Shown here piece after piece: positions 55,433 to 64,000 of a stretch of 64,000 nt of DNA; position 1 is the stretch's first letter, and each line of letters begins with the position of its first letter. The notes beneath the pieces are model-generated. The model was given only the letters and a program-made list of their open reading frames with translations, searched no databases and had not been told where the DNA came from. The stretch is taken from assembly GCF_009914755.1 (NCBI RefSeq), contig NC_060946.1; one strand, 5' to 3'. This DNA is from the human T2T-CHM13v2.0 reference genome, Homo sapiens. The position numbers were made by a program, and so were the translations under genes.

Positions 55433-55746
55433 TTTTTTGTTTTTGATTTTTTTTTTTGAGACGGAGTCTCACTCTGTCGCCCAGGTTGGACTGTAGTGGT
55501 GTGATCTTGGCTCTTTGCAACCTCCACCTGCTGAGTTCAAGCGATTCACTATTCTCCTGCCTCAGCCTCCCAAGTAGCTGGGATTACAGGCACCTGCCAC
55601 CATCCCCTGCTAATTTTTGTATTTTTAGTAGAGGCAGAGCTTCACCATGGTGGCCAGTCTGGCCTCAAACTCCTGACCTCAGGTGATCTGCCCTACTCGA
55701 CCTCCCAAATTGCTGGGATTACGAGCGTGAGCCACCATGCCCAGCC
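55433..55746 (-). mobile_element. AluS
   Basis: Full reverse Alu, GAGACGGAGTCTCACTCTGTCGCCCAGG...CCACCATGCCCAGCC. Confidence 0.95.
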
Positions 55747-56396
55747 ATCCTAAGGTTTCTCTATTTGGGATGGCTGCGTTCAACACTTCCCTCCAGCTTC
55801 TGGAAGCCCATCTCTTTCAGAACATCCTCTTGCCCCACCTGGGTGAATCTAGAGCAACCCCAAGCACTCTTGGGGGTGCCTGTATCTAGTTCAGGGGTAA
55901 TCCTCACACATATTGAACTACCTCAATCAGACTTTCACCCTGAGATCTCTCAGAGATGGCTCAGATGCAATTCCCATCGCCCCCAGATTATCCAGGGCTC
56001 TGTATTAACCCTTGTGGAGGGTATTATCAAAGCCTCTCTTCTTTGCCAAGAGGTAAAGGGGATTTGTCCTGTAGCCTTTCTTCAGGCAGAACTTACGACA
56101 CCCTCAGATCTCTCGATCATCACCTTTGACGGTGTCCCTGAGTCCACTGTACTTAGTCTCAGGAGGTGTCACATCCCCACCTCTCCCCTAGATGGGACTC
56201 ACCGCGCAGATCTCCAGAGAAATCTTCTACAAAAACCCTCATGGGTCATCTGCTCCAGCCCCTCTCACTGCTCTCAGGGTTGGGAGATAGAACCATGTGG
56301 TAGGTGGAATTGACAGCACAGCTCTCTCCAAAGAAATGGAACGCGCCTTACAGTTACACCCTCCACTGAGGAATGACAAAACGCTCTAAACATCTT

Positions 56397-56858
56397 GTTT
56401 TGTTTCTCAGCCAGCTGTGCTTTACTGACAATGCACCACTCAGGCCTTGACCGTGTACTTCCTCAGCAGGGACAGGCGCTCCTTCCTCCTTCCTCAGCGG
56501 GGACAGCCACTCCTTCCACTGCTGCTTCTTGCCCTTCAGGTTCTCCTCGTGCTTGTTGAGACAGTGGCTCATGGCGCATGTCTTCTTAGGCTGCAGGTCC
56601 ACGGGCTGGTACTTCTTGCCCTTGTAGAATTTCCTGAGGTTTTCTCTGGTTAATAACCATGAGAACACAGGCAATGGATTTGCGGACGACTCGGATCTTA
56701 GACAGCCTGGAGGCTGCACCGCCTGTCACTTTAGTGACACGCAGCTGGGACAGCTCCACCTTCAGGTTGTCCAGCTGTTTCAGCAGTTCCTCTTCTTCCC
56801 TCGAGGGTCTCAGGCCTTGATCTTGGCCATTGCTGCACAGGCGGCCACCGCCCGCTCC
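56397..56858 (-). pseudogene. RPL35P8: Processed pseudogene of ribosomal protein L35 (uL29); CDS remnant 56830->56440. Numbering as RPL35P8 is an unverified inference.
   Basis: Translation pieces [78 protein letters not shown] match RPL35. Intronless, with RPL35 5'UTR (GGAGCGGGCGG..TGTGCAGCAATG) and 3'UTR (poly(A) signal mutated to AGTAAA), tail remnant, and 15-bp TSD (C/T)GCTCTAAACAT(C/T)TT at 56382-56396 and 56859-56873. Stop at codon 7 and frameshifting deletions. Confidence 0.95.
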
Positions 56859-57143
56859 TGCTCTAAACATTTTTATGTCTTTTACCTTAAAAATATCTTC
56901 CTGCTAGTCTAACACTTTGCATTGGAATACACAGTGATCTAGAATTTCCATTTCAACACCCTGTCTAATTATTGTTTTCACCCAGCGTTTCTGCTAAACC
57001 TGGGAACTGATGGAGCTGTTTGACTGCTCCCAACTGCCACATTCATTGGCACATTAATTTATTTACTGTAATCCACACCTCTAACCCTGAACAAGGTGTT
57101 GGGAAAGGTGTGTAAATGTGTGTCAACAACACGCTCTAATTAA

Positions 57144-57365
57144 GCGTTGTTTCTCAACTGGGGGCACTTGTACCCCCCAGAGGTCATCAGGCAATGTCTG
57201 AAGACATTAATGCTTGTCATAACCCTTGTGTTTGTGAAAGGGTTGCTGTTGCATGCAGTAGGCAGAGGCCAGAAATTCTTCTAAACACCCCACAGTGCAG
57301 GGACAGCCCTGTCAGCCCTACAGAGAGTGACCAGCCCCAAAGTTAGGCGTGCCATGGTCAGAATG
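57144..57365 (+). mobile_element. MER20 (hAT-Charlie) DNA transposon
   Basis: TTTCTCAACTGGGGGCA..CCCCCCAG..GGCAATGTCTGAAGACAT..TAGGCAGAGGCCAG..CTAAACACCCCACAGTGCAGGGACAGCCC. Confidence 0.8.
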
Positions 57366-58159
57366 TTTGCCATAGGGAGCCCCCAGGCCACTAATCCAAG
57401 AAGACCAGCATCATCAGCCCCACTGCCCTCCGCACTTTGGGCTTCTGAGAACACCAGCTTCACAGTGGAGGTAACCCTGAGTCATCAGCTCCATGGGTTG
57501 GTGAAAAGATGCATCTCCCAGAGGAAGCTGAACATACACTCAGTGCTGGGCATCTTTTAGAGCTCCCTTCCCTGCCTCAAGCACTCAGCTGACTTGGAAA
57601 GAGCCACACGCGCTGGGACTGGAAGGAACGCCTCCTTTCCTGGATGCCCGTGCCGCGGTGCCCACTCCACTCACCATCCCTCCTTGTCGTCTTCTGGTCA
57701 CCGTGTCTTCGGCAGGGCGTGAGTACCTCACCTGCGGGCTGTGGACGGGTGCTCTTGTGTTTCTGCCTGGGAGGAGGGTTTGGCACTGCTGCGGATGCAG
57801 CCTCCCGTCTGTTGGACTCCTCTACCTGCTCTGCTGGAGCACCCCTTGGCTGCAGCGAGGCTGGCCCTGGAGTTCGCTCTCCTCTGGGGTCATCCTGCCC
57901 ACAGCTGGGGCCCTCTCTGGCTTAGGTGTATGGATAAGAACAGCCTTTTCTTGAAGAGATGAGGAGTCCCTTAGAGGAACGCCAATAGCGATGAAACCAG
58001 ATTCTTCTTACCTGGTCTATAATGAAGCCAGCCAGGCAGAGCCGGAGCTCCCAGCATCCCTGAGACCTGACACCTTTTCCTCTCGGCCACATGGCCCTCC
58101 TGAGTCCAGTCAGGACTCAAGGCTGTGAAACTCTGCATGTCTGGTTCCCCCTTCTTCCT

Positions 58160-58487
58160 TCTCATTTTTTTCTTTTTCCTTTTCTCTTTCTTTCTTTTTT
58201 CCTTTTTTGGAGATGAAGTCTTGCTGTTGCCCAGGCTGTAGTGCAATGGCATGATCTCTGCTCACTGCAACCTCCTCCTCCTGAGCTCAAACATTCTCCT
58301 GCCTCAGCCTCCCAAGTAACTGGGATTACAGGCATGCACCACCATGCCCAACTATTTTAGTATTTTTAGTAGAGGCAGGGTTTCACCATGTTGGCCAGTC
58401 TGGTCTCGAACTCCTGACCTCACGTGGTCCATCTGCCTCGACCCCTCCAAGTGCTGGGATTACAGGCATGAACCACCATGCCCAGCC
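58160..58487 (-). mobile_element. Alu (S/J type) with a long T-rich tail
   Basis: Reverse Alu, GAGATGAAGTCTTGCTGTTGCCCAGGCTG...CCACCATGCCCAGCC. Confidence 0.93.
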
Positions 58488-59009
58488 TCTTTTTTTCTTT
58501 CTTCCTTTACTCCTTCGTGATCCTATGAGTCTCACACCGGAGCCTGGCACTATGATCTATGCAGAAAACTGAGCATCTCCTTTGACCTTCCACGCAGGCT
58601 TGCCCAGCTGTCATTCATGTCGGGACTGGCATTCCATTCCAGGCCTGGGGAGCTGCATAGTGTTTCTATTCTTGACTCTCACGGATGACAGGAGTTAGGA
58701 TACTGTGGCCCTCCCCTCCATTGGACCACAGTGTACGCTGTGATTTATGCTCTAAAACCTTGGAGGCGTGTTCCCCAGCCTGCTCACCTCCCACTGGCAA
58801 TGCTATAGGGAATTGTAGGGTATCAAGTTGAGCTTCTGGCCTTCTAGAACCTTCTCCCTGATTAATCTATATCCTCAGGAGTTCTCATGCTCTGGGTCAT
58901 ATAACCACTTCATTTTTGTTCTCTATCCCCTCCCCATAAGGAATACTTGGAATTATTTATTATTAATGAGAGGAGCATGAAGAAACCTTTAAGACACTTC
59001 TAGAATGGT

Positions 59010-61072
59010 AATTTCCAAGAATCCATTTCCCAGCAAAACAACCAAAACTGGTAAAAAATTCTTTTAAAAAACAATAATATCTCTACAAATTATTTTAAGG
59101 GGATTAAGCAAATGAAGTTACATTCATTCACAATTTCAACAAAATCTTAAGAGCAGTGAGAGTCTGTGACACATGAGGCCCTAAATGGTCCCATGACCTC
59201 CTCTCCCCTGGTCAGCTTCACAGAGCTCCATTTCCATTGGCAGGAAGACGGGGCCTTCTGTCTCCTTGGCTGTCAGTCCGCATTGACTGTATGAGGAAGG
59301 GCAGGTAGCCAGCATTTCCCAACCCCACCGCCTCCGAGGTGCAGAAGCTGAGTCCTTGTTGAGGGGAAGTAACAAATAGTTTGAGACTTCCCTCTTACAC
59401 CCAGCCCCCACTCAGAGGGCAGTGGCTCTGCCCCAGGCATGCCAGGCTGAGAATATGAGGGCCCCAGGTCAGGCTCACATAGTTGAATTTCCAAACTTGA
59501 AGAGAAAAGAGAAGAAGATCAGAAGCTACTTCAGAGACTTTGCTCGGGGGAAATTTAGTCCACAAGAATGCAGACTGCCAAAGCTCTCCCCCAGTAGAAT
59601 TAACTTCAAAACACAGTGTTCAAAATAGTGTGTTCAAACCAAAAGAATCTCTTGAAAATAAGGAAGATTGTGGTGGTGGGAAATCAAAGGGCCCATGCTC
59701 CATCAGAACAAGCTAAACATAAGCTAGCTAGTTTACCAGACAGAACCAGGAAAAGAGACAGCTAAGAGAGCCCTCTTGGGGTTCAAATGAACCTTAAATA
59801 CTGGCTTAAAACTTTCCCTTCCTGAATTTAATTTTATCAAATTATGGAGCAACTTATGTACCAGGGAATAGGGGGTGAAAAAACAAAAACATACCCAGCA
59901 ATGAGTAAAGTCTAACAGCTGGGTGCAATACCAAAGAGAAAGAATTCTGCATAGAGATGTCAGGGACAGAGACAGAGACAGCCCCGCTAATCCACCATCA
60001 CCCCAGGGAGACTGCCCTTGTCCATTGCTGCCTGTGGAGTTGACATCGGAAACCTCACACTGTGTGGAAATAGAGTTCATTAAAATAGTCCAGCAAAGTC
60101 ACTAAAAAAAAACAAACAACAAAACAAGCCTCAGAAATAGTGCTAGGAGATTAGTGTCTAGAGTTGGTATAATATCTTACCTAAAATGTTCAGTTTTTTA
60201 AAAAATTATAAGACAAGAAAAGAAGCAGGTAAGTGTGACCCTGAGGCATGGAAAAAAGTGAGCCACAGTACTTGCCTGTGAGAGGCCCTGATGTTGGATT
60301 TAGTAGACAAATACTGCAAAGCAGCCATTGTAAATATGTTCAAAGAACTAGAGGAAAATATGCTTAAGGAGGTAAAGGAATCTATTATGGTAATAGCTCA
60401 TTGAGTAGAGAATATCAATTTTAGTAAAACTAAATGGACGTTCTGAACAAGGAAAGTATGCTAATTAATACAAATATGTACCAAAGAGCTCAACAGATTT
60501 GAGTTGGCAGAACAGTCTGCAAACATAAAAATAGATTTACAGAGGTTCAGCAATCTGAGAAACGGAAAGAATAGCAAATGAAAAAAAGGAAGAAAACCTC
60601 AGAGGCATGAAGAACCATTCAGAGCACCAGTATATGTGTCCTGAGAATACAAGAAAAAAGAGATAAAGCAGAAAAATGACTGGAAAAACCATGAAACTTC
60701 CCCAAATTTATGAAAAATTGTTATCTACACATATCTATCTAGCTCCATGAGCTAGGATAAAGGCAAAGACATTGGCAAACAGACATTGGCAAACACGTCA
60801 TCATTAAAATGCTTTTTAAAAGGACAAAGACCAATCCTGAAAGCAACAAAGAGAAAGATCAGTTGTCACACAAAGGGATTCCAGGTGAGATGAACACATG
60901 ACTTCTCATCAGAAGCAATGCGGGTCCGAAGACAGTGGGACGGCAGAGTCGAGTGGGACGGCAAAGTCGAGTGGGACGGCAGAGTCGAGTGGGACGGCAA
61001 AGTCGAGTGGCAACAGGAAAAATCAGAAACCAAGACTATCAGATGCACAGAAACTGCTTTTTAAAAATTAAG
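59010..61072 (+). mobile_element. Old L1M 5' region plus ORF1 remnant
   Basis: A-rich ORF1 motifs GATGTTGGATTTAGTAGACAAA..GCCATTGTAAATATGTTCAAAGAACTA, CCTGAAAGCAACAAAGAGAAA, GACTTCTCATCAGAAGCAATG. Confidence 0.7.
60935..61010. repeat. 18-bp tandem repeat x4 within L1 ORF1
   Basis: GTGGGACGGCA(G/A)AGTCGA repeated. Confidence 0.92.
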
Positions 61073-62477
61073 GTGAGTTCCAGTTTCACATGTAAGGAAC
61101 ACGGAAGTCACCACTCTGACCTAACAAGTAAAAAGCGAAACAGATTAAAAACTCCAGAAGTATTTTTGATTCTGTAAGTGGATGAGCACACAGTGCCAGC
61201 CACTCCCCCTGAAATTGAAGAGACAGTTGTGTGGAAGCCGGGAGGCACAGCTTGCTAGAGGAGAGATTTGGGATGAGAAACCGCTGTGGGAAACAGTGTC
61301 AGAGTAGAAGAAACTGAACTCCAACTCATGGATTGCTAGAGGCCCAGAGTGGATGAGTCTGAGAGTTATAAATAACTCCAAAGGGACCCAGTACCAGGAG
61401 GCCCACCTCACTCTTGTGAGTTTTACCTGTGAGAGCTAACCAGGTTCCCCAAGAAAATACTGCAGAAAAAAACTGTTATGCTTCCAGCAAGGGGAGGAAA
61501 AAAGGAACTATTCTGAAATCTACCAGATCACTCAGTTCTCAAAAAGGCCTGTCCTCAGGAGAAAACATCCAACCAGAGCATAAAATACCGGGGTTTTATT
61601 GGAGTTTAACTTACCTGAGGGAAGAGAAATATCCAACTTTAGCCTGCCCTAGCTTTCCATGTAGGAGAAGGAAAATACTCAATCCAGATCCTAAAATGTT
61701 GGAGTTTTATCACAGTCCAGCTTGCTTGAGGGAAGAGAACTACCCAATTTCAGCTTGTCCTGGCTTTCCATGTACGAGGAGGAAAATGCTCACCTCCAGC
61801 CCACTCTCGCTATCCTGCCCCATGTAAATTAGCAGGAACTGAGAAGCACTTGTGAGGTTAACAGTCCAGAGACGCAGGGTCGCTAAACAGCTGGGACCGA
61901 ATTGCAGGATTCTATAACACTTTGCCTCCCCCTACACCGTAGCACCGCATTCCTAAAGACCTGCTAAAACCAGTTCCTCTCATTGAGCACACAAAGCCTG
62001 CCTATGAAAAACATTATAAGGTGTACTTAAAAACACACATACAGTTTCAAGAAATAGAGCTAGCATCAGAACCAGACATGGCAGTAATATTGGAATTATC
62101 AGACTAAGGATTTAAGACTATAAGCGCAAATATGCTACAGGCTCTAATAGAGGAAGCAGACAGCAAGAACACCAGGTGTGCAATGGGAGCAGAGACAGAA
62201 TCCTAAGAAAGAACCAACAGTAAATGCTAGAGATGGAAAACACTGCAACAGAACTGAAGAATGTCTTTGATGGGTGTATTGGTAAACTGGACGCCCCTGA
62301 GGAAAGGATATCTGAGATGAAGGATGTATCAATGGTAACTTCCCAAACTGAAAAGCAAATACAATAAAGGCTGAAAAAAACAGAACAATATTCAAGAAGT
62401 ATGGGGTGACTACAAAAGATGAAACATGCTTGTAGTGGGAATACCAGAAGGAGAAAAAGAACAGAAGAACTGAGGGG

Positions 62478-62629
62478 AGAGAAAGAGAGGAAGAAAGAGA
62501 AGAGAAGAGAAGAGAAGAGAAGAGAAGAGAAGAGAAGAGAAGAGAAGAGAAGAAAGAAAGAAAGAAGGAAGGAAGGAAGGAAGGAAAGAGAGAAACAGAG
62601 AAAGAGAGAGAAAGAAAGAAAAGAAAGAA

Positions 62630-62685
<56 letters not shown>

Positions 62686-62732
62686 AAAAGAAAGAAAGAA
62701 AGAAAGAAAGACAGAAAGAAGAAAGAAAGAAA
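62478..62732. repeat. Compound (GAGAA)n/(GGAA)n/(GAAA)n microsatellite
   Basis: Direct reading of the sequence. Confidence 0.97.
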
Positions 62733-63082
62733 ATACTTGAAACAATAATGACTGGAAATGTCCTACAAATTAATACCAGACACAAAGCCTCAGTTCTAGG
62801 AATTTCAGAGTTCACCAAGTAGGATAAATGCAAAATAATAATAATAATGAAAAATCTATGCATTTTATTTTCCAACAACAGAAATTTGAACATTTTTTAA
62901 AAATCTGGAATGAAGCCAGGGAGAGATGAGGAGAAAGACCATACCTATAAACCAACAAATAAAGAATTACATCTGACTTTTTAAGCAGAAATTAAACAAG
63001 CAAGAGGAGAGTAAGGTAAAATATTTAGTGCTAAGGGAAAAAGACCACCAACCTACAATTCTGACCCTGCAAAATTATCTTT

Positions 63083-63375
63083 TTTTTTTCTTTTTGAGAG
63101 AGTTTCACTCTGTTGCACAGGCTGGAGTGCAGTGGCACAATCTCAGCTTACTGTAACTTCTGCCTGCTGGGTTCAAGTTATTTTCGTGCCTCAGCTTCCT
63201 GAGAATTTGGGATTACAGGCACCCACCACCACACCTGGCTAATTTTTGTATTTTTAGTAGACACAGGGTTTCACCATGTTGGCCGGGCTGGTCTCAAACT
63301 CCGGACCTCAAGTGATCTGCCCACCTCAGCCTCCCAAAGCGCTTGGATTACAGGCGTGAGCCGCCATGCCCGGCC
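63083..63375 (-). mobile_element. AluS inserted in L1 ORF1
   Basis: Reverse Alu; perfect TSD AAAATTATCTTT at 63071-63082 and 63376-63387. Confidence 0.96.
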
Positions 63376-63606
63376 AAAATTATCTTTCAAAGGCGAAGGA
63401 GAAATAAATCAAAACAATAAAAAATGGAGATAATTTATTATCAGTCAATCTGCCTAGTAAAAGATGTTACAAAAGTTCTTTAAAGAGAAGGCATAGACTC
63501 AGATCACACAGAAAAGATGAGTCATGAAGAAAGAATAAGTTAACATAAAGTAAAAACTTATTTTTCTTGTTTTTAACTGATCTGGAAGATAATAGTTTGT
63601 GGCAAA

Positions 63607-63715
63607 TAACAGCAGCAAGATCTTCAATTAAGTATGCTTATGATATATCTTATGTGTGTGTAATAGCAGCAAGGTCTTCAATTAAGTATGCTTATGATAT
63701 ATCTTATGTGTGTCT
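63607..63715. repeat. Tandem duplication, 54-bp unit x2
   Basis: TAA(C/T)AGCAGCAAG(A/G)TCTTCAATTAAGTATGCTTATGATATATCTTATGTGTGT twice. Confidence 0.92.
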
Positions 63716-64000
63716 ACATATGTATGCATGTACACATAAGCTATACGCATGCACGTGTACACTTACGTGTGCCTATATATAAGTGAAATGAATGACAGAT
63801 ATAATGGAATGAATGCAAGGGAGGAACGAGGGATCTTATATCACACTACATGTGAAGTGGTATAATGTTCTTTGAAAGTAGGATTCGATTCCTTGTAAAT
63901 GTGTATTGCAAACTCTAGGGCAATCACGTTGAAAGGTTTAAAAGCGGGGGTTACTGATATGCTAAGAAAGGTGAGAAAACAGAATCATATAACATTCTCA

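Larger units (their letters stand above)
61073..64000 (+). mobile_element. Second old L1 (L1MD/MC-like) 5' end plus ORF1 and downstream sequence, interrupted by a microsatellite and an Alu
   Basis: GAACTGAAGAATGTCTTTGATGGG, GGAATACCAGAAGGAGAAAAAGA, AAGAATTACATCTGACTT, AAAATTATCTTTCAAAGGCGAAGGAGAAATAAA are L1 ORF1 motifs. Confidence 0.75.

Noticed and set aside
56354-56870. Functional RPL35 gene
   Set aside because: Stop at codon 7, frameshifts, no introns and flanking TSDs make it a processed pseudogene.
62144-62893. 249-aa Phe/Ser/Leu-rich ORF resembling a membrane protein
   Set aside because: It is the translation of the (GAAA)n microsatellite and antisense L1.

Overview
Primate (almost certainly human) non-coding genomic DNA with a distal/subtelomeric character: GC-rich, with many minisatellites and short tandem duplications, about ten Alus, MaLR/ERVL LTRs (THE1, MST, MLT1, MLT2), a MER66-like LTR, DNA-transposon fossils (Tigger3a, MER20) and old L1 fragments. 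The only confidently recognisable gene-derived sequence is a processed RPL35 pseudogene (minus strand, ~56397-56858) with 15-bp target-site duplications, a nonsense codon, frameshifts and an internal duplication. From memory, unverified, this fits 22q13.3 (RPL35P8, near TAFA5 and LINC01310). No intact protein-coding gene is evident, and nearly all long ORFs in the track come from repeats or high GC. I see no convincing novel multi-gene system. The most interesting signals are: a 12x43-bp minisatellite born inside a THE1 LTR at its DUX4-site position; VNTRs that multiply transcription-factor-like motifs; a candidate terminal exon running in frame through a VNTR into an LTR poly(A) signal; a miniature two-LTR THE1 provirus; candidate lncRNA exons; several motif-dense enhancer-like islands; and a possible fossil retroviral protease. 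Repeat subfamily names come from recalled consensus sequences, and boundaries are approximate unless TSDs are given.
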